The notes: generated from the letters alone by a model not told the origin. Shown: positions 17,225-25,665, numbered from the stretch's first letter. The stretch: DNA of 32,000 nt from Candidatus Korarchaeum cryptofilum OPF8 (GCF_000019605.1 NC_010482.1:270001-302000); one strand, 5' to 3'. Translations and numbers: made by a program.

Positions 17225-17368
17225 TTAGTCCTTCGCATGCCTACCCCTCTTGTACTCCTCAATGAGTCTCTTGATCACATCATCATAGGTTTCCCTAGGG
17301 TGAATCTTCAGCCTCTTCAACTCCTCCTTAGTATCCTTCCCAATCCTAATCGGCTCAGTAGCAGGCAT
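17225..17368 (-). CDS. 47-aa ribbon-helix-helix-like protein (VapB/DUF217-type pattern) inside the IS, overlapping the tnpB start
   Basis: Not in the ORF track because it is too short. Translation is MPATEPIRIGKDTKEELKRLKIHPRETYDDVIKRLIEEYKRGRHAKD. The layout is a short beta strand (IRIG) followed by two helices. The ATG at 17368 lies ~25 nt downstream of a TATA-like box. The stop overlaps the tnpB ATG by 14 nt (ATGCGAAGGACTAA). Confidence 0.55.
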   Translation of the reverse strand: MPATEPIRIGKDTKEELKRLKIHPRETYDDVIKRLIEEYKRGRHAKD

Positions 17369-17392
17369 ACCACAGAAGTAGCGAACAGTAGC

Positions 17393-17404
17393 TTAAAAAC
17401 TTTA
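17393..17404 (-). promoter_or_regulatory. TATA-like box (minus strand TAAAGTTTTTAA) for the RHH-tnpB transcript
   Basis: AT-rich box between the LE hairpin and the RHH ATG. Spacing of ~25 nt fits a leaderless transcript. Confidence 0.45.
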
Positions 17405-17422
17405 CCCCGCCCTGAAGGGCGA
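17405..17422. repeat. LE-side subterminal hairpin repeat CCCCGCCCTGAAGGGCGA
   Basis: Identical to 15919-15936 and in the same orientation. Confidence 0.85.
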
Positions 17423-17427
17423 GGCTT

Positions 17428-17931
17428 GGTCGATGTCACCACAGGGAGCTAGTTGAGGGGAAATTCGAGGAGGTCCCACTAGAAGAGCTCCTCTGGGAGC
17501 TTGAGGGGAACTCCTTGATAGATATGCTGATCATAAGCGGTGGTGAGCCTACAATACATGGAGATAGCTTGCTCGAACTGATAAAGATATTGAGGATCAG
17601 GAGAGGAGATTTGCCAATTAGAGTCGACACTAATGGATCTCTACCGAAAGTAATGAAGATCATTGCCGATTATATCGATGGATTCGCTTTAGATGTGAAA
17701 GCGCCTCCTCTCCGAAGGGAAATGTATGAGAGGATTATAAGGAGGGAATTCGATCTCGAGAGCTTCATGGAAGCAGTTGAGATAGCTTCAGGGCTTCCGT
17801 ACACTATATTCAGGACTGTGAGGTACCCCTGGCTCAGGGAGGAGGATATAGGGGAAATAAGGGAATTCCTATCGAGGTACGGGGGAGGGAAGCCCCACAT
17901 AATTAATCCTTACTTCGAGCCGGAGCATTGA
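17428..17931 (+). pseudogene. nrdG: Anaerobic RNR activating enzyme (radical SAM), 5'-truncated by the IS
   Basis: The frame is open from 17416 and reads ..GRCHHRELVEGKFEEVPLEELL...IDMLIISGGEPTIHG...VDTNG. CHHRELV looks like the third Cys of CxxxCxxCHNPEL. The first two Cys and the N-terminus are absent. An in-frame TGA sits at 17413-17415 in the LE hairpin loop. Confidence 0.8.
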
Positions 17932-17959
17932 AAGTCTAAATATCGATTTGAGCTCGAAA

Positions 17960-19858
17960 TTAAGGTAATTTGATACCATTCGCCTCTAGATCGAGGATCA
18001 CATCCTCCAGTCCGAGCTCCATCAACTTCCCCCTGCTCGGTATCCCCCTCTCCCGATCCCATCCCCTGACCTCGTAGTACTCATCCAGCATCCTATCAAG
18101 CTCCATCAGATGCCCGGCTGACGGTCCTCTAGCTATCCTCTCCTCCAAGAACCTCTTTGGCAAGCGATCATCAGCTCTAGTCACCCCCTCCCTGATATTG
18201 AAGGCCCTCTCCAAGTTCACTATCCTCTCCCCAATATCCCTGACTTCCTCCGGCGTGAAGTCCAAGCCGGTGACGGCTCCCATTAGCTTAGCAACTCTCT
18301 CATAATTCAAGAGGTCCATGTTCTCAGCCAAATTCTTGCATACCTCTAGGGAATCGACTAGAGCGCATATGTTCTCATAGTAAGCCACTAATTTCCCCTT
18401 CCCCCTCACCCCGAGCCTGAGAGTGGCCTCCCCCTCCCCGAACATAGCCTCGCCTATCTTGGGATCGTCGCTCAACTCTATGAATGGCTCCGATCTCAGA
18501 TGATCAGCCCCTCTGCTCGCTACAGCGAAGCCCAATCCATATCCCTTCAGTCCTCTAGGATCTACTTGAATCATCTCAAGACCTTTGACATGCATAGCGA
18601 TCTCTCTTCCCTTCCCAAGCCTCTCAGAAGCTTTAGCAACACCATCAGCTAAGATATCGCCGAAGCCCTCCCTCCCAGCTATCATCTCTATGAGCTTCAT
18701 CACTGAATCCATATTCCCCCAGTTCAGCTCGAGCCCGATCTCCTCCTTCTTAAGGGCGCCACTCTCATATAGCTCCATAGCCCAGGATATGACTTCGCTT
18801 GTCGATATCACATCCATACCTAGGTCGTTCAATAAGGATATGGCCTTCAATCCCGCGTTCAAATCGCTATTCCCTATCCTCGCGGTCATGCCAGCTAGAG
18901 CTTCGTACTCAGGACCCTCTCCCATCAGGCCGGAGTACTCACCATCCTTAACTAAGAAGAACCTGCTGCAGTTGACGATGCAGGAGAAGCACGACATACT
19001 CTTAACATTGTACTTCAGGGCGAGGTACTCCCCGCTCACCTCGAAGGCGTAATCTAAAACCGGCTCCTTGAAGTGATTTCCCGGAAGTATACCGAGCCTA
19101 TTCGCTGCCATTAATATTCTAGAAGTTCCCATTATCCTCCTGGGCCAGAACTGCGGATGGGCATAGGTTTCCTCCTCTATCTCATCCACTATCCTCTCGA
19201 ATTCCGCCGGTCTAGCTACTTCCACATAACCATCTCCCCTGACAGCGATCGCTTTCACTTTCTTAGATGCCATTAGAGCTCCCATCCCGGTCCTGGCAGC
19301 TGGCCTATAGAGGTTGAAGAAGATCCCAGAGTATCTAACTAGTTTCTCAGCTGCAGGCCCAATTAGAGCTATTTGAGCTCTCCAATCCCCAAGCTCCCTG
19401 AGTATCTCGCTGTAAGCATCCGAGATCCTCCTCCCCCATATGCCGCTCGCATCCCTGAGCTCCACCTCGCCATCCGATATGTAAATATAGACGGGCCTCT
19501 CGCTCCTACCCTCTAATATTATGGAATCATAGCCAGCGTATTTCATCTCAGCGGAGAAATGCCCTCCCACATTGGAATCTCCGATCAACCCGGTCTGAGG
19601 AGATTTCCCGGATACGTTGAGTCTAGAACCCAGGGGGAAGCCGGTGCCCGCCAGGGGACCCGTTGATATGTAGAGCTTGTTCATGGGGCTCAGGGGGTCA
19701 GCTCCCCTCACCTCGCTGTAGAGCATCCTCATGTTCATCCCCCTCCCCCCTATGAAGCCCCTTATCACTTCCCTGCTCAGCGGTTCCACCTTGATGCTTC
19801 CATCAGTCAAATTTATCCTCAGTAGCTTTCCAGCGTATCCGTACAGCTTACTCGACAT
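17960..19858 (-). CDS. aor: Tungsten-type aldehyde:ferredoxin oxidoreductase (AOR family)
   Basis: N-terminus GYAGKLLRINLTDGSIKVEPL, Fe-S ligands CFSCIVNC, and a later LVDSLEVC block. 632 aa. Confidence 0.92.
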   Translation of the reverse strand: MSSKLYGYAGKLLRINLTDGSIKVEPLSREVIRGFIGGRGMNMRMLYSEVRGADPLSPMNKLYISTGPLAGTGFPLGSRLNVSGKSPQTGLIGDSNVGGHFSAEMKYAGYDSIILEGRSERPVYIYISDGEVELRDASGIWGRRISDAYSEILRELGDWRAQIALIGPAAEKLVRYSGIFFNLYRPAARTGMGALMASKKVKAIAVRGDGYVEVARPAEFERIVDEIEEETYAHPQFWPRRIMGTSRILMAANRLGILPGNHFKEPVLDYAFEVSGEYLALKYNVKSMSCFSCIVNCSRFFLVKDGEYSGLMGEGPEYEALAGMTARIGNSDLNAGLKAISLLNDLGMDVISTSEVISWAMELYESGALKKEEIGLELNWGNMDSVMKLIEMIAGREGFGDILADGVAKASERLGKGREIAMHVKGLEMIQVDPRGLKGYGLGFAVASRGADHLRSEPFIELSDDPKIGEAMFGEGEATLRLGVRGKGKLVAYYENICALVDSLEVCKNLAENMDLLNYERVAKLMGAVTGLDFTPEEVRDIGERIVNLERAFNIREGVTRADDRLPKRFLEERIARGPSAGHLMELDRMLDEYYEVRGWDRERGIPSRGKLMELGLEDVILDLEANGIKLP

Positions 19859-20363
19859 CGAGGCCCCACCTCCCAGCCTGCTCCGCGAATTCTCTCAGGG
19901 CGTAGATGTAAGCGGGGTCAGTTATTTCGAGCGCCCTAACCTCAAACCTTTGGAATGTCAGAGCGTTCATAGGGCATCTTTTAACGCATTCAGGCTCTCC
20001 ACCGCAGAGATCACAGACGATGGGGACTCCCTTAGTTTTGTGCATCCTAATTGCCCCATATGGACAGCTATTAATACAATTGCCGCAACTCGAGCAAGTT
20101 TCCTCGAAAATAACTATGGCTCCTATATCATTCCTCCGGATGGAGCCCGTTGGACAGGCCTCCATGCAGGGAGCCGGCTCACAGAACCTGCAGATAACTG
20201 GATAGTCGAGTCCGATCCTCACATCCCTGACCACAGTCACCCTCGAGAGGGATGAGCTGAAGACACCCTCGTGTTTGTATGAGCACCACATCTCGCAATA
20301 CCTGCATCCAGAGCACCTACTCGCATCGACTCTTATAGCCGGCATCCCAGCTCGAGCTTTCAT
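19848..20363 (-). CDS. Polyferredoxin with four 4Fe-4S binding motifs, probable AOR electron-transfer partner
   Basis: Motifs CSGCRYCEMWC, CRFCEPAPCMEACP, CSSCGNCINSCP and CDLCGGEPECVKRCP. The gene overlaps the AOR start by 11 nt. Confidence 0.9.
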   Translation of the reverse strand: MKARAGMPAIRVDASRCSGCRYCEMWCSYKHEGVFSSSLSRVTVVRDVRIGLDYPVICRFCEPAPCMEACPTGSIRRNDIGAIVIFEETCSSCGNCINSCPYGAIRMHKTKGVPIVCDLCGGEPECVKRCPMNALTFQRFEVRALEITDPAYIYALREFAEQAGRWGLDVE

Positions 20364-20594
20364 GGGCTCTGAAGGGATACTGGAGGATTTAATCGTTTTG
20401 TTCGATCAGGGGAGAGCTGAGCTTTGAGTTCACGCGGGGGTCGGAATCGCATCATATGAAGCTTTCGTGAGATATCAAATTAAAAAATAAATCTTAATCC
20501 TAATTTTCTTATGATTTTTAACATCATATGCCTCTATAACTCAAAAATCTGGGAGGGAAGCTCCGGAGCTCTCGCTATGTTACGATCTGTAACC

Positions 20595-20614
20595 CTAAAA
20601 ATTTTTAATTTTTA
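20595..20614 (+). promoter_or_regulatory. AT-rich TATA-like region upstream of the TauE-like gene
   Basis: CTAAAAATTTTTAATTTTTA lies 27-46 nt upstream of the ATG at 20641. A GGTGGA sequence sits just before the start. Confidence 0.4.
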
Positions 20615-20640
20615 CGTTATCGCGGCTCTGGGGGTGGATC

Positions 20641-21417
20641 ATGATGCAGGAACTAGTTCTGCTCATCGTAGGCCTATTAGGAGGGATAATAGGGGGACTG
20701 CTAGGTACAGGGGGTTGCGTCATAATGCTTCCCGCCCTCGCCTTCCTCTTCGGATATCAGCTGCCCATAGCGATAGGGACGACGATAACTGCCGTCATAA
20801 TAACCGCTACCTCGGGAGCTATAGGCCACATAAGGATCGGGAACGTTGACTACGGAACAGCTAAGGTCGTGGCGATATCCGGAGCAATAGGAGCATTCAT
20901 AGGGAGCCTAATATTCATCCTATTAGCTGGGAATATCTCAATCCTCAGCCTTATACTGGGGCTGGCTTTCCTATATGTAGCTGTTAGGATGGTTTATGAG
21001 GGGCTCAGGAGATCGATAGGGGCTAAGGATGGAAAGGAGATACCTGGAAGCTCAAAGAAGAAGGGGATCCTGGGCTTCCTGATAGGTATCCTCACCGGAA
21101 TAGTTGGTCTGGGAGGAGGTTATGCCCTAGTCCCCTCATTCATATACCTCCTCGGTTCACCAGTTAAGATAGCTGTAGGGACATCCCTAGCATCCTTCAT
21201 ATCCATGGCCCTGGTGTCGGGAGCTTTCAAGCTCATCCAAGGTTACGTGGATGTGATAGCGGCCCTCCTCTTAGGGATAGGGACGGCTGTAGGTGCTCAA
21301 ATAGGGGCCAGACTTGTCGCTAGGGTCCCCGCATGGGTGATAAAAATACTATTCGGACTGGTCTTCCTCTACGTCTCGCTCAAGTTCATATTATTACCCT
21401 TCGGGATCAGAATATAA
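20641..21417 (+). CDS. TauE/SafE (TSUP, DUF81) family anion exporter
   Basis: 258 aa, ~8 TM segments, with an internal duplication showing GLLGTGGCVIMLPAL and GLGGGYALVPSFIYL blocks. Confidence 0.88.
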   Translation: MMQELVLLIVGLLGGIIGGLLGTGGCVIMLPALAFLFGYQLPIAIGTTITAVIITATSGAIGHIRIGNVDYGTAKVVAISGAIGAFIGSLIFILLAGNISILSLILGLAFLYVAVRMVYEGLRRSIGAKDGKEIPGSSKKKGILGFLIGILTGIVGLGGGYALVPSFIYLLGSPVKIAVGTSLASFISMALVSGAFKLIQGYVDVIAALLLGIGTAVGAQIGARLVARVPAWVIKILFGLVFLYVSLKFILLPFGIRI

Positions 21418-21430
21418 TCTCTTTTTTAAT
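21418..21430 (+). terminator. Oligo-T tract after the TauE-like gene
   Basis: A T6 run at 21422-21427 lies 5 nt after the TAA stop, which is the archaeal terminator style. Confidence 0.4.
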
Positions 21431-21503
21431 GAAGGTCCCATTGTAAGATAAATCTTCCATCATAAGGATCATCTCAATTAACGATAGCTTCAGATCGGAT
21501 ATC

Positions 21504-22892
21504 TCAGAATCTAGTGGAAATAGAATGATTTATCCACCTAATATCGGCCCTCCTAACTTCCAGGAGGTGCAGCTTGCTGTCCATCATATCATAGTAAATG
21601 TTCCCGCCATCCCACTCAGCCTCTCCCACTTGACTGTCCACGGGATCCGATCTGAAACTCTCCTTAGGGGGATCGAAAGGGTAACTTATTTCCGAGTTGA
21701 AGGAGAGTCTGAACCCCTCTATCCCACCGAAGTAGAAATCCTTCCTCCAATCCTCTGTCGGGTGGCCGAAGCTCGGATCAGCGTAGACCCAGCCGAAGGG
21801 CTCCAAGTAGAACTGGGCCCAGTCATGCATGCCCCAATCCACTGGATTCGCGTACCAACCCGATTGCCACCTAGCTGGGATACCTGCCAGCCTGAGCATC
21901 GTTATGAGGAGTATGGCCTGAACCCCGCAATCCCCCCTCCTCTTAGTGAATGCGAACTCACTTATATTGTCGAATAGAGCGTAATCATGCACATAAGTAT
22001 ACCTCACGTTCTCCACAACCCAATCCCATATCCTCCTGGCTCTCTCCAGTGCATCCAGCCCCTCAGTGAGTGAGGAGACCAGATGCTTCAGGTCCTCCGA
22101 GAAAGTTATATGGGGGATCCTCTCCTCCCTATGCCTGGCTTCAGGCTCCCCATCGAGCTCCCTCAGGTCATCTGGTATCTCCTCCATGGGTCGCCGGGGA
22201 ACGCAAACGGCTTCGTATTCTATCCAGACGGTATCATCAGATCCGCTTGTCAACTCGAAGTAAGCGGTCCTCTGGGGATGCATCTCATCTGAGATGTAGG
22301 GCTCCCTGCTGTATGAGATCACCCTAACCTCCGGATGGAGCGCGCTCACCCTCGGGACCGGGAGCCAGACCCTCAACCTCTCCCCCCTCGGAAGAGCCCT
22401 TAAAGTGATCTCAGCCCTGAACCTGAAGATCAGGGGATAAGCCCTAGATTCTATGACCTCCCTAGCTCTTTTAGATAGCTCCTCCTTCTCCCTTATCCTC
22501 CTCTCATCCTCCCGCTCGAGCGATCTATCCTTCAGGCTGGGGCAGAGCCACATCATGTTGGGGAGGAACCTCTCGTAGATCCTGAGGTCACCATCCAAGG
22601 TTATGTGATCGACGCAACCCGATGATATGAGATCCCGAAATTCCTCCGGGCTGAGATCCCTTATCTTCTTACTCGCAATTTCGTAAGCTTCCATTTCCGT
22701 ATATGGATACTGTATAGCCCATCTCCTCAATCTATCTAGCTCGAACTCGAGCCTCCTCCTATAATCTCCCTCAGCGCCCCTTATTAGCTCTCTTAGGAGC
22801 TCCCTGGCCTCTGAGAGGAGTCCTCTCCTTATCAGATCGGAGAGCTCCGTAGGTAGCTCCAGCCTCATGAAGTAGAGCTCGTTATCCCTCAC
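21504..22892 (-). CDS. Transglutaminase-like (papain-fold) domain protein
   Basis: Apparent Cys-His-Asp arrangement: RRGDCGVQAILLITMLRLAGIPAR, then HDWAQFY, then WVYADPS. 462 aa. Confidence 0.85.
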   Translation of the reverse strand: MRDNELYFMRLELPTELSDLIRRGLLSEARELLRELIRGAEGDYRRRLEFELDRLRRWAIQYPYTEMEAYEIASKKIRDLSPEEFRDLISSGCVDHITLDGDLRIYERFLPNMMWLCPSLKDRSLEREDERRIREKEELSKRAREVIESRAYPLIFRFRAEITLRALPRGERLRVWLPVPRVSALHPEVRVISYSREPYISDEMHPQRTAYFELTSGSDDTVWIEYEAVCVPRRPMEEIPDDLRELDGEPEARHREERIPHITFSEDLKHLVSSLTEGLDALERARRIWDWVVENVRYTYVHDYALFDNISEFAFTKRRGDCGVQAILLITMLRLAGIPARWQSGWYANPVDWGMHDWAQFYLEPFGWVYADPSFGHPTEDWRKDFYFGGIEGFRLSFNSEISYPFDPPKESFRSDPVDSQVGEAEWDGGNIYYDMMDSKLHLLEVRRADIRWINHSISTRF

Positions 22893-22916
22893 ACACTAAT
22901 TTAGCGATCCTAAAAT

Positions 22917-24542
22917 TTAAAGCTGAAACTTCCTGATCTGCTTCTCATAGATCTCCCTCACTCTCTCTATAGTATCGGCCTCCTCAGGGGATTTATCATC
23001 CCTTATCCTAGTTATACGGGCGAACCTAAGGGCGAAACCGCTCTTATACTTCGGGCTCCTCTGAATTTCATTGAAGCTCACTTCCACGACTATCCTAGGT
23101 CTCACGCGAATGAGCTTCCCCTCCTTCCCTATCGATAGCTCCTCAAGTTTCTGGGTGATCCATTCGAACTCCTCATCCGTCAGCCCCTTGAAAGTCTTGC
23201 CCACTATCAGGAACTCACCGCTCTCCGGATCCCTCGCAGCTAAATAGTAATCGCTGTACCAACGGTGCCTCCTCCCATATCCTCTCTCAGCTGCGACTAT
23301 CACCAGATCCAGGGAATTTGTCTCCTTCACTTTCAGCCAGTATCTCCCCCTGACTCCAGGTATGTAAGGGGAGTTCAGCTTCTTGGCGATCACCCCTTCG
23401 TGCCCCTCCCTCAGAGCTTCCTCCATGAAGTCCATGCCCTCATCGGGATCCGATGTTATCAAGGACCTCACTAAGGAGACTGGATCCTCGATCAAGCCCT
23501 CCAGTTTCTCCCTCCTCTCAAAATAGGGTTTCCTGAGGTAACTGGAGCCATCCAGGAGAATCAAATCGAAGATGTAAAGCTTCAAGGGTATCTCCTCAAT
23601 CAACCTGGGATCCAATTGCCTCCTCTTGAACCTCCTAATTAGGATCTGGAATGGCAGAGGTCTCCCATCCCTCTCAGCTATTAGTTCGCCCTCTAGGATC
23701 GCTTCCCCAGCTCTGACGCCGTATCTAACTTGATCCGAGACATCTGGGAGGCTCTTCGTTATATCGCTCATCCTCCTGCTGAAGAACCTGACCTCATCTC
23801 CTCTCTTATGCACCTGAACCCTGACACCGTCCAGCTTGTACTCGAGGGCGCACCTCCCCAGCTCCTCTATAGCGCTCCTTAAACTATCCGATGATTGAGC
23901 TAGCATCGGTTTAAGGGGCCTGAATAAAACTGGCTCGAATTCCAGCTTCCCTCCCCTCCTGACTATCTCATAAGGATCCCCCAGTACCATGACAGCCCTC
24001 TCCACATCCTCCTTCCTCAAGCCGTAAGCCTGAGCTATGGATTCTATCAGGAGCCCCTCATTGAGCCCCAATCTCGTCTCCCCGACTATAGCATTAGCCA
24101 GGAGCCAGGCTTCGGATGGATCTGCCCTTGAGAATGGTATAGTGAGCAGTGCTTCCCTCTTCCCCTTCGATCCAGGTCCTTCTGCCTCCGATATAGCTTC
24201 TAGTATCTTATAGACCTCCTCGACGGTCAGGGGTTCCTCCAGTAACGCTGTCTGCCTCTTGCCTCTCCGCTCAACTATGGATTTGACGAGCTCACCGGCA
24301 TCGACTCCAGTGGGCTCAGCTCCGGAGAGCGATGAGACGACCTTCCACAAGGTAGCCCAGGATACGTTCAGCTCCCTGGGATCTGATGGAGGGAAGATCC
24401 TGCCGGTGAGGATTAGTAAGGCCTTATAAGCCTCCTCAGGATCGCTCCTCCTTATCAGATCTGAGACAAGGGAGACCTTATCCCTTCTAGATGATGTGGA
24501 AGCTATCCTCATCGCGAGTTCAGCGAGCTCCTTGAGGAGCAC
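22917..24542 (-). CDS. lig: ATP-dependent DNA ligase
   Basis: Motif I EYKLDGVRVQVH, followed by the typical adenylation and OB-fold blocks (EGVIAKK, WLKVK). An ATTTTAAAT box lies ~25 nt upstream. Confidence 0.95.
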   Translation of the reverse strand: MLLKELAELAMRIASTSSRRDKVSLVSDLIRRSDPEEAYKALLILTGRIFPPSDPRELNVSWATLWKVVSSLSGAEPTGVDAGELVKSIVERRGKRQTALLEEPLTVEEVYKILEAISEAEGPGSKGKREALLTIPFSRADPSEAWLLANAIVGETRLGLNEGLLIESIAQAYGLRKEDVERAVMVLGDPYEIVRRGGKLEFEPVLFRPLKPMLAQSSDSLRSAIEELGRCALEYKLDGVRVQVHKRGDEVRFFSRRMSDITKSLPDVSDQVRYGVRAGEAILEGELIAERDGRPLPFQILIRRFKRRQLDPRLIEEIPLKLYIFDLILLDGSSYLRKPYFERREKLEGLIEDPVSLVRSLITSDPDEGMDFMEEALREGHEGVIAKKLNSPYIPGVRGRYWLKVKETNSLDLVIVAAERGYGRRHRWYSDYYLAARDPESGEFLIVGKTFKGLTDEEFEWITQKLEELSIGKEGKLIRVRPRIVVEVSFNEIQRSPKYKSGFALRFARITRIRDDKSPEEADTIERVREIYEKQIRKFQL

Positions 24543-24563
24543 ACTCCATATACCTGGAGAGAT

Positions 24564-25646
24564 TTAAAATACATGGGAGAAGGAATTGACGATCTTAGCG
24601 TAACCCCTGGTGGCTCTCTCAACTTCATCCACCCTCACCATCTCATCTGGTCTGTGAGCGGCTTCCTGATCCCCTGGTCCATAGCCTATAGTCTCGATTC
24701 CAGCTTCGCCGGCCGTATAAGAGCCATCGGCCCCGAACCTCCAGATCATGATACCAGCCCCCAGCTCCGAGGCAAGCCTGCTCACTAGAGGTCCCTCATT
24801 TATCCAAGCTGGGAACCACGCTTCAACTTCCTCCTCATACCCAGTGTAGCACCTCAGGACCCTCCCGACTACTCTACCCCTGAGCTGCCCCTCTACATAC
24901 TCTCTGCTCTCTCCAGGCAGAGTCCTCCTATCGAGCAGGAGAGCGCAATAATCCGGTATCATTGGTATGAGGCCAGGGCTAACATCTACTCTCACCGGGC
25001 TCACTGAAGCCGATCCCAGCAGGGGGTGGGAGGGCATCTCAACCCCCTTGAGCTCCTCCAAATACTCGCACAATTCATAAAGGCAGTTAACCCCTAACTC
25101 GGGCATACTGGAATGAGCTGCTCTTCCTCGGAACTCTACTAGCACTTCCGCTCTCCCCCTGTGCCCCCTAGCGATATTCAGAGAGGTGGGCTCACCCAGG
25201 ATGACGAGATCCGGCTTCTCCATTGAATTGATCACATGTCGGACGCCGAAGCCCTCGTGGTCCTCCTCATGGACCACGAAAGCGTAAACGAGATCCGGAC
25301 CCCTCTCACTGAGCAAGGGGATGGAGTATACCATCGCAGCTAAGCTGCCCTTCGTATCCACTGAGCCCCTCCCGTAAACGTGACCATTCACCACCTCCCC
25401 GGAGAAGGGGTCCCTCCTCCACGCTCCTCTATCCCCGGCCGGGACCGTATCCATGTGAGCATCCAAAAGGATGAGGCGATCCCCGGATCTCTCTACTCTA
25501 GCTATCACATTCCCAATGTGATCTATCCTCACTTCATCGACCCCGAGCCTCGAGATCTCCTCCTTGATGATAGATGCGACCCCTCCCTCCTCACCCGGGG
25601 GACTGGGTTCCTTAATCAAATCGCTGAGGAACTTGATGACACTCAT
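24564..25646 (-). CDS. M20 family metallohydrolase (ArgE/DapE/LysK-like deacylase)
   Basis: LLDAHMDTVP, GRGSVDTKG and the HEEDHEG metal/catalytic blocks. 360 aa. Confidence 0.85.
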   Translation of the reverse strand: MSVIKFLSDLIKEPSPPGEEGGVASIIKEEISRLGVDEVRIDHIGNVIARVERSGDRLILLDAHMDTVPAGDRGAWRRDPFSGEVVNGHVYGRGSVDTKGSLAAMVYSIPLLSERGPDLVYAFVVHEEDHEGFGVRHVINSMEKPDLVILGEPTSLNIARGHRGRAEVLVEFRGRAAHSSMPELGVNCLYELCEYLEELKGVEMPSHPLLGSASVSPVRVDVSPGLIPMIPDYCALLLDRRTLPGESREYVEGQLRGRVVGRVLRCYTGYEEEVEAWFPAWINEGPLVSRLASELGAGIMIWRFGADGSYTAGEAGIETIGYGPGDQEAAHRPDEMVRVDEVERATRGYAKIVNSFSHVF

Positions 25647-25665
25647 AATCCCTTAACTCAGGGAA

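Larger units (their letters stand above)
15750..17238 (-). pseudogene. tnpB: tnpB (IS605 OrfB-type RNA-guided nuclease) split by a 1-nt frameshift
   Basis: N-terminal part (17238-16804) reads MRRTNVVKLVVDKETHEKL...WNEVNW. C-terminal part (16814-15750) has RuvC-I SVDLGIVN, Zn finger CSLCG...YKCP and RuvC-III NADLNGAINIL. Removing one A from the AAA run at 16831-16833 (minus strand) joins the frames as ...IYLKDFKLALGFKGELKW. The reading frame has no stop inside the element and runs ~55 codons into antisense nrdD. Confidence 0.85.
15905..17433 (-). mobile_element. IS200/IS605-family TnpB-only (IS1341-like, no TnpA) element; ends approximate to about +/-10 nt
   Basis: tnpB is flanked by identical 18-nt direct repeats (15919-15936 and 17405-17422), each forming a CGCCC-TGAA-GGGCG hairpin. 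This matches the subterminal LE/RE hairpins of this family. The element interrupts the nrdD-nrdG unit. Confidence 0.8.

Noticed and set aside
15919-17422. The 18-nt direct repeats interpreted as a target-site duplication
   Set aside because: IS200/IS605 elements do not duplicate their target. Collapsing the repeats gives a frame that terminates instead of restoring nrdG. The repeats fold as hairpins, which fits LE/RE structures.
16943-17452. 169-aa plus-strand ORF
   Set aside because: It is antisense to the tnpB N-terminus and the RHH ORF. It is Ser/Leu/Phe/Thr-rich with no motif. It is a shadow ORF.
17436-17900. Minus-strand ORFs 17436-17663 and 17670-17900
   Set aside because: They are antisense to the nrdG remnant and low complexity (Ser-rich).
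18585-20255. Plus-strand ORFs 18585-19052, 19731-20255 and 20020-20205
   Set aside because: They are antisense shadows of the AOR and polyferredoxin genes and are Ser/Pro/Leu-rich.
20511-20849. 112-aa plus-strand ORF upstream of and overlapping the TauE-like gene
   Set aside because: It is Arg-rich and low complexity, out of frame with a well-supported membrane protein gene. It begins in the AT-rich promoter region.
21525-22327. Plus-strand ORFs antisense to the transglutaminase-like gene (21525-21977, 22066-22263, 22070-22327, 22083-22292)
   Set aside because: They are mutually overlapping shadows in several frames with no motifs.
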